Source: Balanoglossus misakiensis
Lineage: Eukaryota; Animalia; Hemichordata
Direction of reading: 5' to 3'
Length of the DNA stretch: 64,000 nucleotides
NCBI GenBank assembly: GCA_040954595.2
Contig: CM082597.2
Location: forward strand, 6,019,244 to 6,083,243
The notes beneath the pieces are model-generated. The model saw only the letters and a list, made by a program, of their open reading frames with translations. It did no database searches and was not told the origin of the DNA. Position 1 is the first letter of the stretch. Each line of letters opens with the position of its first letter. A program made the position numbers and the translations under genes. This document shows positions 28,601-43,600 of this stretch, piece after piece.

Positions 28601-31600
28601 CGACGAGAGTTGTTTAGCGTGTCGAACGCTGCTCTACGAAGCTCGTAGTTACTTTCTGACTGGGATATTTGCGCTTGAATGGACTGGGTTCCTCCCGATG
28701 GGTTCTTGCCGATTGCCGCACGCCGGCGGGTATGAAAGTGTGGGACGTCGATCCACCGGATGGCTGCACCGCTCAAAACATGACCAGCTCCACGCCACTT
28801 TGAGGTGCACCTCGGTCGGATATCCCGCCCGGGCTGCCGGACAGCATATGAAGGTGTCTGAGGCCTTTTCTAGTCAAAGTGTACACATTTAAAACTTTGG
28901 GGTTTTCGGAATGGAAATAGCGGAACAAGAACATGGATATATATTAATCATGAATGCCAAATAAACACGTTGAAAAAGCCAGATTTGAAATTCTTGTGAA
29001 GTCCGCCGCTGGGCGTGATGTATTAGTATTAGTATTTTGCTGCCACAAACAACAAGTTCATGCGTAGGTTGAGAAAGTTCTCAAGCGGCCGGGTGATAGC
29101 GGCAAGGTTAGCGGCGGCCTTGCACGCCCGAATTTGCCACAAAACTATCAGTCCACACAGCAATGCCGTTCAAACTCTTCCGTCGTATTTATTTCAACAC
29201 AAATTCAGAATACAACACCGCAGTTTGGTACGTCCTCTCTATCCTACACTGCTAATTCTCATCTCAATCTCTAAACAAGTGACCTATTGGTCAAAAGAGC
29301 TCTGCTGACTTTAACAGTGTAACCTGGGCAATGATATGAATACAGAACACCATAGGTTTTAATTTATAACAATTGTATTCTATTAAACAAAACCAAACAT
29401 AGACATCAATATAGCTGCCAAGCAGCAATAGCGGGCACAAGCCAACATTGCACATAGTACATAGCGGTAATCATTACAGGTGTGTGCTTATTCTTACCAA
29501 ATATAAAGTCAGCAGACTTTTAATTTATGTAGTATTTCGCATTTCCATCATATATACATCAAAGGTCATGTGAGGTCACCAGAAATTTGGGGAATAATTT
29601 TGACCCTATACTGGTCCATGTCCCACAAGAACGAAACCTCATCCCCTATTAGTTAGCCTGGAATTAGGTATGCACATAATTAATGAGTTAAGTAGGTGTC
29701 ACAGGTGACTTTTAAATTTGGTTTCTTATTTTGGTCCCATCCGTACTGTACCTACTCTTGGTGCCGAGATATGCAGAAGAATGTCAAAGGTCACCAAAAT
29801 TTGGGCAAGAAATTTTGACCCTATACTAATCCAGGTCCAACAAAAACCAGACCTCTAGCCTTATTGGTTCGCCTAGAATTAGGTATGCACATAATTAATG
29901 AGGTAAAGTGTAAGACTCCATTAGGAGTTCCATCCCTCCAAATACCAAGGCTGTACCTGCTCTGGATACAGAGATATGGTAAAATAGGTCAAAGGTCACC
30001 TAAGGTCACCAAAAATTTGGGCAAGAAATTTTGACCCCATACTTGTCCATGTTCAACAAAAACAAAACCTATAGCCCTATTGGTTAGCCTAGAATTAGGT
30101 ATGTACATAATTAATGAGATATGCAGGTGTCACAGGTGACCCCCATTTCGGCTTTTAAATTTTAGCCCCAACCTTCAAAACGCCAAGTCTGTACCTGCTC
30201 TGTATGCCGAGATATAGGAAAGTAGGTCAAAGGTCATCTGAGGTCACCATATTGATGACCCAATCAAATCCAAATTAACAAAATCAGGTAGGGACACCAT
30301 AACATACATTCCTACCAAATTTCAGCTCCGTCGTACATGTAGTTAGGAAGAAGATTTTTTACCAAAAAATCTATTTTTAGATCTTATTTGCATATTTATG
30401 ACCCCATCAAATCCAAATTAATAAAATCGGGTAGGGACACCATAACGCACATTCCTACCAAATTTCAGCTCCATCGTACATGTAGTTATGGGGAAAATAT
30501 TTTTTACCGAAAATTCTTTTTTTAGGTCTAATTTGCATATTAATGACCCCATCAAATCCAAATTTACAAAATCAGGTAGGGGCCCCATAACACACATTCC
30601 TACCAAATTTCAGCTCCATTGTACATGTAGTTGTGGAGAAGAAGATTTTTACCAAAAATTCTATTTTTAGATCTAATTTGCATATTCTTGACCCCACCAA
30701 GTCCAAATTAACAAAATCAGTTAAGGGCACCATAACCACATTCCAACCAAATTTCAGCTAAATATGCCAAGTTGTTTTAAAGAAGAAGATTGAAATACCA
30801 AAAGTTGACGGACGACGGACGACAGACGACGGACGGACATTAATCAACCTACTGCTACAGCTCAGCTGACACAAGTGACAGCCGAGCTAAAAAAGTTCAA
30901 CAGACGGGATACACTGCAACCCGAGGCACTAGGAACGGCAAAATTCACGTCTCTGCTTCACAGGAATCTACTGACCTGAAGTGGGAGGAACCCAGTCCGT
31001 TCAAGCATAAATGTCCCGGTCAGAAGGTAACTACGAGCTTCGTAGAGCAGCGTTCGACACGCTAAACAACTCTCGTCGTCCGTGTTCGAGTCTACACGTC
31101 TCTCTCAACACGCACGTACTTCAACTGCGCAATAGGGATGGGGGACGCCTCTTTGTCTACTAAATTGAGACGTTGTTACAATTTTAGAAATAACGCGTCG
31201 GCCTCCTCAAAGAAAGCCGGTGTTGCTAGTTTGGCATTTGTTGCTGGTAAAAAGAATTTCATAGTAAGTGTGTATACCCTTACTGTTTTTAGCCTTTCTC
31301 AAAACACCTGTCAGGATATTCCTATATCTCTTATAATAGTTTAAAGCTATTTCATTAAAAGAGAATTTTTGCAAATTTGAAAAGTAGAATTGTGAAAATA
31401 GCATTACATGCGGGGTTTTTACCCCGATATCTTTTACATTTCCCAAAATCTCGAAAGAGATACATTTCAATCGGTATTTTGTTTCATCATCCGAACCGTT
31501 TTCGTACCTGAAAGTTTGTTCGCCTAATCCAAGCACATTTAGTTATGAAAGCTATGAAAAGCACATGGGCAGCAGCTAGGTCCAACTGCATACACTTATT

Positions 31601-34600
31601 CACGCCATACTCTGTGGAGCCTAATTGGGGATGTATGAATGTGTGTGTGTTTATGTGTAAATGAATGAATGAATGAATGTATGTAAATGAATATATGTAT
31701 GTAATTGTATGTATGTATGTATGTATGTATGTATGTATGTATGTATGTATGTATGTATGTATGTATGTACAAATGAATTCAGCATTTCAATTTTTTAAAG
31801 AACCTCTTATACCCATTTAACTTGAATTAAGTTGTTACATACATCATTAGGAGCCTCAATATCAGCCTTGTGGTCTATGAAAACTTTCACTATCTCAGTA
31901 TGTCCTTTGAGTGCTGCCAGTTGTATGGGTTTGGTCTTATCCTATTTGAGTATTAAGTAGACGGTATCAAACAGTTAAAACATGAATTGGTTAAAAAATG
32001 ACAACTGTTTGTTCCCCCCCCCAAAAAAAAAAGAAAAGAAAAAAAGTTCAAAGGTAAAGGAATGAGTTAGAGCAATGATTTGAAGTAGGAATCATTTGAT
32101 ATCATAGGTTATACACTATCAATAATAACAATTTGACAGAATATCAATCTTACATCACCAATAGCCTCGATGTTAGCACCAGCTTCGATGAGAACACGGA
32201 CAGCTTCTAGGGAACCAAAGAATGCCGCCACATGAAGAGATGTAAAATTTCTCTAGAGAGAATAAATAAAAAATGTGTTTGATTAAATATATCAATGTTA
32301 TTTAAACACACGGTAAGAAACATTCAATGTAAACGATTATAACAAATGCATGTAGTATTGAGAGAAGATAGAGCCCGAGCCAAAAGAGACAGAGAAAGAA
32401 CGAAATAGAGATAGAGATTCATATAATTTTGTCATTGTGATTATGTAAATATATCTTCACCAAGAATATTGACCCCCGATATGACCTCTGGTAAAGTCCA
32501 TGCTTGTATCTAGATGCACATATGAAGTTTATAGATGAGGTCAGCCAAATACGAATACATTTCTCTCGAGCAATTTCTAGAGTAAATGTGGTTTTTTTCC
32601 ATAAATATCTTTTGGGGAAATTTTTGTAATCATTGTGAGTTAGCATGTCAGCCGTAGGACAACAGGCTATGTTTCCTGCCTGACCCTGAAAACAGCCCGC
32701 CATTTGAAAGTAACTTAGTAAAGTAATGTTTATCGTTAATGGAGGAAAATTGTGTAATATTATGCATATTACAAACAGATTTGTTGCTCTAAAAGACTGG
32801 TTGCACTAAAAGACTTGTAATTTCATGAGGGAACATATTAATTTTGATTGTATGATTTATATAATCTGCTCAATTTATAGATATTTAATTTTATAATTAC
32901 ATCATCAACCGACTCAATATTTGCTCCAGCGTTCAAAAGAACTTCAATGATGTCACAATGGTCCTCTCTGGCTGCATTCTGTAAAGCCGTTAGCTGGTTC
33001 TGCAAGTAACAATAATAGTTAAATCATTAATTGCCATCATTTGGATAAGTTCAATTCTTGGCGGCAGAATTTAAAAAAGCGTATGTAGTGCAGTCCATTG
33101 TTATCATATATATTTGTGTGTAACTGCTAGAGTGCTCAATAGTCGAACTAGAGCTGTATAGTAGAATGTACGGAGTTGCTTTGTTTGATTACAAGATTTA
33201 TTTGCTACTCGGAGTTTCGTGCATCTCACGATGATGTCATCAGGCAATTAACTGCTAAATTCGTGACAAATACAGTTCATTTATAATGAAAAACATTCCA
33301 TACTGGCAAAACACTTCCGCAGGATATTACATCAATTTGTTTCTCTGACTATGGAGATGCTTTCAGGAAAACAAGCGGATCAGCCATTTAAAGCGACTAG
33401 CTCGTCTCACACGCATGTACGTATCTTAGCCAGCAAATGTTCAGCAAATTTTCTATTCGATGCATTCAAATAGTGGACTGCCTTCAGTTCCTTCCATATT
33501 TCATGCACACTGTATTAGTAGATTCTGGTTTTATCCCCCCTTTTCACTCAAGCTGGTGTCTTTTCACGATCTCCGACACAGATTTATGGTCGCTGCCATC
33601 TTGTGTGTTGTTAGGACAGAGCACTACCTTATGGGATTGACTGTTCACTAAACGTCTGTAACCAGCAGCTACAGTTGGAACATGCGTGTGAGACGAGCTA
33701 GGCGCTTTAACAATGGTAGTGAAAGATGTGTTAGACTCTCAAGCCAAAAAGACTTTGTGATTTGGTAAATTGATTTTGTTCTAAAACGTGCATGTGAACG
33801 CAGCAATATACATCATTCGCAAATTCTCTCCCTCGAACTCCAGAAAACCATTTACCTCATTTTCTGATTCAATATTTGCGCCGTGTTTTATTAGTAATTC
33901 TACCATAGTCCGATGCCCTTGTTTTGCTGCTCTGAGAAGTGGAGCATTTCCTTTCTATGTGCAAAACAACAAAATGGGTTTAGGTCTATTCTCTTTGCTT
34001 GCTGCTTGTTATCTGATGCACATAGCAAATGTTACTCATTCAAGACAGTGTAGTTCGATAAATAACATTTAGTGTTACATGACATGTATCAAATCCGTGT
34101 TGTTAAGGTTTACTGGATAATATCACTATTGTATATGCCTTCAAAGCGGCTCAAATATTTGAAGGGCAAATTAAAACTGATTGTGCCAAGGCACAGTACC
34201 TGTGTAATTCTAAGATAGTATTAACCACCAGGATATGCCAGTAGCAATGCTACTATGGTCACATGCTATGGTTATGCTAGTTCAGGCTCTACACCATAAA
34301 CATATACTATACAATTTCGCTGCTAGTACGTGAAACTATGGAATTGACACAATAGTATTAAACATACTTATTTTCATACTCATCTCAATACGCACCGCAT
34401 CTTTTGCTTCTATTTCTGCTCCGGCAGCAATAAGAAGTCTTGCGATCTCGATCTTGCCAGTATGTGCCGCAAAATGCAAAGCTGTAGCGTTGATCTGAAA
34501 TAAAGGTCAACAAATTGAGTACAACTAGATACTAAATATGGCAGAATTAGTTTACTATGAAAAATTGCTGAACCATTACATCATTTACAGAGAAGCGATT

Positions 34601-37600
34601 ACATAGTGTAAATAAGTTCTGTAAATACACTACACAGTCCAAACCTTGTTTCTGGCCTTAGGGTTTGCCCCAGCATCCAATAGGCATCTTACTATCTCAG
34701 TATACCCATTTGCTGATGCTTCAATCAAGGCTGTATCTTCATCCTGAAGTTCGAAAAATACGGAACAGAACTGTGCCTACTGTAGGCATTCAATAGCAGA
34801 AAGTTTTGCCATAAACATTGGCGTGTGTCACCATAAAGAATGTGAACATTCAAGGTATTAGTTTCTCTAAGTTACTAAAGTACGGTAGTGAAAAGAAATT
34901 ATTGCTGTTGAATTGATAGAGATGTGACATTAGTATTGGATATCTACCCGAGAGAATATTTTTCTAATCAATTCTTTGCAAAGTTTGACAATGATTGATC
35001 TCTTTGATCAAAGATGTTAATCTTGCTTGAGATATTGCATTTATCTACAATGCATATAGGGGCATATTCATTTTACAACTGGTCGCTGGTCAGGCACTTT
35101 TGTCACGAAGTGGAGTAACCGGTAATAAGAGTTAGACAAACCAGTGCCTACAAAGCATTGCAAGAGTTTTATAAATCACAGTATCTACTCAAATTCCACG
35201 ACAACACGCATCGACTCTCCAGCTGAAGGGGTGCAGGGGAGCCGGTAAGTTCAGAGTAAAATAAATATTTGTCACACAACTTTCCATGTCACTGCTTCTT
35301 ATAAACGGGAAGGGGGCTGAACTGAAACAATACTTTTGTTCGCTATGTATGTTGTTGTAAATTATTTAATGTTGCTAATGAGTCCAACAAACAATATGTT
35401 TTGCAAGGATATCTTTTTTAGTGCGGTTTGCACAAATCTGAAAAATGCACCTATCACGTAAGTGCAAACAAACCTCATCTGCTGCGTCAGTGTTTGCTCC
35501 TGCCTCAATAAGAATCTTGACAATCTTCTGTTTATTTTGTCGAGCTGCTTGATGAAGGGGTGTGTTCTTTTTCTGAGGATAAAACAAAATGATTCGATTA
35601 GAGCAGTATTTAATAAGTAAGGCAATTACATAAATTTCTGATACGTACGATCATACATAGGGGGCAGTATTGCAAAGTGTCACAGTTAACAAAGAGCAAG
35701 TTAAGTTGACGAAGCATGCATGTGGACAGAGTTTTAATATACATGATAGCATGGTGCGCTTGTACTTAGGTCAAAAATGTTACATATTATTATGATTATA
35801 TATCTAACATGTTCTTACCAAATCTAATGCTTCCAGTTTTGCACCAGCTTGAACAAGGGCTGTAGCTATCTTGGTATTACCAGCCTGTGATGCATAATGC
35901 AGAGCTGTAATCGAATCCTGCAGACAAAACAAAACAACAACCACATGCTAGAACTGGTTGTGGTAAAGCATGACATATTAACACATAATCGCGAACACTC
36001 TGAACTGTCAACAAGATCGTGTGTTTGCATGACCACTGAAAAGAAAGTCTGACCAGAATTGTAAAACACAAACGAAACGAAATATATAAAACATAATTTC
36101 CATTGGATGTGTTACTGAATTAACAAGCCGAGTTGGCATACTACATTGTAGTAACCTCAAGGCTTTATTTTGTCAATAACCCTATAATATTTCTTTCTTG
36201 CCTTTGTAACTGCATCTTTATCTGCACCAGCTTCGATCAACATATTTACAATATCTTTATGGTTGAGGGCAGCAGCAACATGTAAGGGTGTAAGGTCGTT
36301 CTAAAATAAATAACACCAAAATTAATTCATTGTACTTTAAGTGTAACTAAAGTATGAACACAAATGTTATATTATTATTATTTATAACTTGGGGTTATTA
36401 AACGACGTTTGGTCGATATTGCGTGTATTCAAGTGATGAAGCCATATTTTGACAAGTTGCAGCAGCAAAGAGTCAGAGTATGGTCACATCACGAGAATGC
36501 CACGCGATATTGGTCAAATGTCAAGTAATATCCACTTTTTATCATTCATGCAACGCCTATTGCCACTGCGCTATTGTTCTAACAGTGAAGATATGAGCCC
36601 ATATTATCAAAGAGTGAAAATAAAAGAGATATTTTCACTTTGCTCGGAACTATTTGTGGCAACTATGTGAGCGATCACACTAACAGTGATGTTGAGAGCC
36701 GATTTCCGTATAAATACGTCAAAGCTAACTATTGACATATCCTAGCTAGACTCCTCTAGTTTTTGAAGCAATTCGCTCAATGTAAACGATGGAAGTGAAC
36801 GACACTTTGCTCCGCAAGCGACGTACTTGTCAGGTTCCCTGCCCAATTCCCACAGCCGGCTGCGCTATGTTAAAGGGAAATGTAATAAGGCAGTAGTCTA
36901 CCTCTTCTGTTACGTGTATACTGGCGCCTGCATCCATAAGAACTCTCACAGCCTCCTTTTTGTCTAGGCGAGCAGCAAGTGCCAGTGGTGTACGACGATT
37001 CTGATGATGGAAAGCAAATTAGATTTAAAGGTAAGAGCTTTATGCCTTTAAAATTTATAGTTTTAAAGTACAATCTACGTTTCATGTATAACAGATCCCC
37101 AGTTTAAAGTCTCAATAGCTGTCAACTTTAGCCTATTTTAATCTAAAACATATTTCAATTTTTGTCCAAATACCAGTACACAGATGACGTCATGATGAAT
37201 CTGTAGATATTCTAATACCCATGTGCGCATATCACAAACTCTTTGCCTTAAGAACCTTTTTATAGTCCCTGCATTGAGCAGATTCATCAAAACCACATTA
37301 TACGTCCAAATACACTGCCAAAACAGGCAATATTCTTAAAGGCCCTTCTCAACAGTGAAGATAAGTTGAATCATCACTTAAGATGATTAATTGATGGTTC
37401 TTACAGCAAACATTGGCTTGATTACTACAACTGGAAACGTTCTTTTATTATCTTTCTCAACTATTGTCAGAGTAACAGACCATTTGATTGTCAGTATGTT
37501 TTGGAACCTCTAAATTACGAAAAAACTCGTTATCGCCAGTATTTTCATAATTTACTGCTGTGATCTCGCGACCTCAGCTGAATCACTGATGAAAAGACTC

Positions 37601-40600
37601 GACTTGACCCTAATTTGCATAACAAAGGTTGCGTCATTTTGTCCAATGAGCAGCCATCTCTGGGTTGCATAGCCTTTGGCGCATCACTGTTATGAAAATC
37701 AATACGCCACGATCGAAACTTTGATTTTCGTCAAATCTGGGGAAACATATGCAATAAGCTGAAGCTGAAGGGGTGCAGGGGAGCCGGTAAGTTCAGAGTA
37801 AAATAAATATTTGTCACACAACTTTCCATGTCACTGCTTCTTATAAACGGGAAGGGGGCTGAACTGAAACAATACTTTTGTTCGCTATGTATGTTGTTGT
37901 AAATTATTTAATGTTGCTAATGAGTCCAACAAACAATATGTTTTGCAAGGATATCTTTTTTAGTGCGGTTTGCACAAATCTGAAAAATGCACCTATCACG
38001 TAAGTGCAAACAAACCTCATCTGCTGCGTCAGTGTTTGCTCCTGCCTCAATAAGAATCTTGACAATCTTCTGTTTATTTTGTCGAGCTGCTTGATGAAGG
38101 GGTGTGTTCTTTTTCTGAGGATAAAACAAAATGATTCGATTAGAGCAGTATTTAATAAGTAAGGCAATTACATAAATTTCTGATACGTACGATCATACAT
38201 AGGGGGCAGTATTGCAAAGTGTCACAGTTAACAAAGAGCAAGTTAAGTTGACGAAGCATGCATGTGGACAGAGTTTTAATATACATGATAGCATGGTGCG
38301 CTTGTACTTAGGTCAAAAATGTTACATATTATTATGATTATATATCTAACATGTTCTTACCAAATCTAATGCTTCCAGTTTTGCACCAGCTTGAACAAGG
38401 GCTGTAGCTATCTTGGTATTACCAGCCTGTGATGCATAATGCAGAGCTGTCATCGAATCCTGCAGACAAAACAAAACAACAACCACATGCTAGAACTGGT
38501 TGTGGTAAAGCATGACATATTAACACATAATCGCGAACACTCTGAACTGTCAACAAGATCGTGTGTTTGCATGACCACTGAAAAGAAAGTCTGACCAGAA
38601 TTGTAAAACACAAACGAAACGAAATATATAAAACATAATTTCCATTGGATGTGTTACTGAATTAACAAGCCGAGTTGGCATACTACATTGTAGTAACCTC
38701 AAGGCTTTATTTTGTCAATAACCCTATAATATTTCTTTCTTGCCTTTGTAACTGCATCTTTATCTGCACCAGCTTCGATCAACATATTTACAATATCTTT
38801 ATGGTTGAGGGCAGCAGCAACATGTAAGGGTGTAAGGTCGTCCTAAAATAAATAACACCAAAATTAATTCATTGTACTTTAAGTGTAACTAAAGTATGAA
38901 CACAAATGTTATATTATTATTATTTATAACTTGGGGTTATTAAACGACGTTTGGTCGATATTGCGTGTATTCAAGTGATGAAGCCATATTTTGACAAGTT
39001 GCAGCAGCAAAGAGTCAGAGTATGGTCACATCACGAGAATGCCACGCGATATTGGTCAAATGTCAAGTAATATCCACTTTTTATCATTCATGCAACGCCT
39101 ATTGCCACTGCGCTATTGTTCTAACAGTGAAGATATGAGCCCATATTATCAAAGAGTGAAAATAAAAGAGATATTTTCACTTTGCTCGGAACTATTTGTG
39201 GCAACTATGTGAGCGATCACACTAACAGTGATGTTGAGAGCCGATTTCCGTATAAATACGTCAAAGCTAACTATTGACATATCCTAGCTAGACTCCTCTA
39301 GTTTTTGAAGCAATTCGCTCAATGTAAACGATGGAAGTGAACGACACTTTGCTCCGCAAGCGACGTACTTGTCAGGTTCCCTGCCCAATTCCATAAATTT
39401 CTGATACGTACGATCATACATAGGGGGCAGTATTGCAAAGTGTCACAGTTAACAAAGAGCAAGTTAAGTTGACGAAGCATGCATGTGGACAGAGTTTTAA
39501 TATACATGATAGCATGGTGCGCTTGTACTTAGGTCAAAAATGTTACATATTATTATGATTATATATCTAACATGTTCTTACCAAATCTAATGCTTCCAGT
39601 TTTGCACCAGCTTGAACAAGGGCTGTAGCTATCTTGGTATTACCAGCCTGTGATGCATAATGCAGAGCTGTCATCGAATCCTGCAGACAAAACAAAACAA
39701 CAACCACATGCTAGAACTGGTTGTGGTAAAGCATGACATATTAACACATAATCGCGAACACTCTGAACTGTCAACAAGATCGTGTGTTTGCATGACCACT
39801 GAAAAGAAAGTCTGACCAGAATTGTAAAACACAAACGAAACGAAATATATAAAACATAATTTCCATTGGATGTGTTACTGAATTAACAAGCCGAGTTGGC
39901 ATACTACATTGTAGTAACCTCAAGGCTTTATTTTGTCAATAACCCTATAATATTTCTTTCTTGCCTTTGTAACTGCATCTTTATCTGCACCAGCTTCGAT
40001 CAACATATTTACAATATCTTTATGGTTGAGGGCAGCAGCAACATGTAAGGGTGTAAGGTCGTCCTAAAATAAATAACACCAAAATTAATTCATTGTACTT
40101 TAAGTGTAACTAAAGTATGAACACAAATGTTATATTATTATTATTTATAACTTGGGGTTATTAAACGACGTTTGGTCGATATTGCGTGTATTCAAGTGAT
40201 GAAGCCATATTTTGACAAGTTGCAGCAGCAAAGAGTCAGAGTATGGTCACATCACGAGAATGCCACGCGATATTGGTCAAATGTCAAGTAATATCCACTT
40301 TTTATCATTCATGCAACGCCTATTGCCACTGCGCTATTGTTCTAACAGTGAAGATATGAGCCCATATTATCAAAGAGTGAAAATAAAAGAGATATTTTCA
40401 CTTTGCTCGGAACTATTTGTGGCAACTATGTGAGCGATCACACTAACAGTGATGTTGAGAGCCGATTTCCGTATAAATACGTCAAAGCTAACTATTGACA
40501 TATCCTAGCTAGACTCCTCTAGTTTTTGAAGCAATTCGCTCAATGTAAACGATGGAAGTGAACGACACTTTGCTCCGCAAGCGACGTACTTGTCAGGTTC

Positions 40601-43600
40601 CCTGCCCAATTCCCACAGCCGGCTGCGCTATGTTAAAGGGAAATGTAATAAGGCAGTAGTCTACCTCTTCTGTTACGTGTATACTGGCGCCTGCATCCAT
40701 AAGAACTCTCACAGCCTCCTTTTTGTCTAGGCGAGCAGCAAGTGCCAGTGGTGTACGACGATTCTGATGATGGAAAGCAAATTAGATTTAAAGGTAAGAG
40801 CTTTATGCCTTTAAAATTTATAGTTTTAAAGTACAATCTACGTTTCATGTATAACAGATCCCCAGTTTAAAGTCTCAATAGCTGTCAACTTTAGCCTATT
40901 TTAATCTAAAACATATTTCAATTTTTGTCCAAATACCAGTACACAGATGACGTCATGATGAATCTGTAGATATTCTAATACCCATGTGCGCATATCACAA
41001 ACTCTTTGCCTTAAGAACCTTTTTATAGTCCCTGCATTGAGCAGATTCATCAAAACCACATTATACGTCCAAATACACTGCCAAAACAGGCAATATTCTT
41101 AAAGGCCCTTCTCAACAGTGAAGATAAGTTGAATCATCACTTAAGATGATTAATTGATGGTTCTTACAGCAAACATTGGCTTGATTACTACAACTGGAAA
41201 CGTACTTAGAATGTTTGGTAATCGGTTTAATTTATGTCAAAATGTCGTCATCCAAATAAAGTCAGGTGGATACGGACCTTGATCATCGTTTGAAATGAAT
41301 CTGACTCGTCCCCTTATTTGTGCAAACACACAATGAAATAAAAACAAGAAATGGCCAAAGAACTGAAGGACAAGACAAGTTAAACCATTCCCTGGACATA
41401 ATGAGTGAATGCAGCTGGATAATATGAGGTGTAATGAGGTCGTTGTTTCGGCTGACTTATTCGAATTTAGACTGTTATCATTCGAACATATATTTCTGTG
41501 CAGGACAGAATGTGAGATGATTTTGAATAATTGCAATGCATGCTTTTACAGAATTCACAGATACAGTTCAAAGACCGAGTTAAGTACATGTACATCCAAA
41601 ATGATATTTACCGGTACATTTGTGACAGCTTCTTTGTTTGCACCAGCATCTATGAGTATTTTCAAGACTTCAATGTGTCCAAGTCTTGCTGCATCATGGG
41701 TGGATGTATGTTCATCCTATAAATTACAAATGATAATTGATACAAAGGCTGCATTATTATGTGCAATAATTTTCGATATTATCATTTACATAACAATCAA
41801 TCATCTTTATAACCTGGTAATTGTCACAATTCTTATGAAAAAACTATGTTCATGTCATCTTTTAGCTTTCAGCCGCTATAGCTCGCGGAAAAATCCATTT
41901 GGCCATGGTCACAAGCACGGTCTGTGAACACACACACACACTGTTTACATTCATCGTCGCCACGTTGGTTCACGATCGTATCTTCTTTTTCTGACGCTGT
42001 TTCGTTTAGAAAATGACACTGATATGCCACAAAAACAATTGTTGATATAATATAATAGCAATAACCCCCGCCTCAGTCGGGTATACACTCGATTTGGGTA
42101 TAATTCGCTCCATATAGCACTCGCCTGACGGCTCGTGCTATATGTCTCGAATTGTACCCAAATCTCGTGTATACCCGCCTGTGGCGGGGGTTATTGCTTA
42201 AATATACCCCAGTACAATATACATACATACAACCACACACATGCACATATACACAAACAAACACACTGTGAGCAAAAGAATGAAATAAGAACAACTCTTC
42301 TGTATACACTTTATAACTAAGGATAGTTGCGAAATGGTGGTTATGTATCCTACCTCGTCTGACGCTTCAATGTTTGCACCAGCATCAAGAATCATTTTTA
42401 CCAACGTTGCATCGCCCTTACGTACAGCCATATGTAATGCCGTTAGTTTACTCTGGAGAACACAATCAAGTGAGGAGATTAATTTCCAAAACACTGCGGC
42501 ATGATTTTTAAATTTTATATTTGTCTAACCGTCAGTTGACGTGCAATATCTTTTGCAATATCAAGCTCATTAACTGTTAATTTACTTAAACATTAGACCC
42601 CATTGGAATTTCATGATTATTAATTACCAATTTACTACCGTATGCAAGAGGACATCAGCGCTGCACATCAACCCAACAGAGGGCGATGCGCTGCGCTAAT
42701 GTTTACAAACAATTTTGCAAATAAAACTAATTAGGGCGAAATGTACTTTCTGGTGCAAAGTAATAAAACATCGCGATGATAAACTTACCTTAGAAGAAAT
42801 TTTTACGTCTACACCTGAGTTAATGAAAACTTTAACCATCTCAGCATTTCCTCTTCGAGCTGCTAGGTGTAGAGGTGTCTGTCCCAACTTTTGAGAACAA
42901 AAACAGGAAAATAGTAAATCGTTACAAAAATGAACACCAGTGGTGTCAACCGTCTCAGTAGCAATACATATATAATGGATGCACAAAACTATATACGTAC
43001 AGTATTGCGTTGTTTGGAAATTTGGTAGCGTAAACTGAATATACATGTACATGCCTGACGTCTTGTTTCAACATTCTATGACAAGAAACGTCCTATGCAA
43101 CATGGGTGTCTTGACCATATGTGAATGCACAACTGCGACCGTATATTGCAGAGTAGGAATTTGATTTGCTGTTTAAATGGTTAAAAAGCATCATTTCATT
43201 TTACTATAAAAAGGCACAAGAGTGAAGGATGAACGAGAAAAACCATAAAACACAGTGTCGCAAACCAGTGGAAACATCCATTCATACGCATACCCTTTCC
43301 TTGGCGTTCTTGTTGGCTCCCGCCTCTATCAAAGATGATACAATCTCGTTGAATCCTCCCGCAGCTGCCAAATGCAGGGCTGAATATCGATCATTCTAAT
43401 GATAAAAAAACACGACAAGTATAGCAAGTGTTTCTTTTATCATTAAATAAGTAATGTGGAAGTTGGAAACTTACAGGTCACAATAAGTATGAAGACAACT
43501 CACCTTTTTGAAAAAAGCATATATACGATATTAAAAACATATCTGAGAACAAAAATATCTTGACGAGTAGTTAATTGTGTGTAGTAATTAGAATTGCGTT

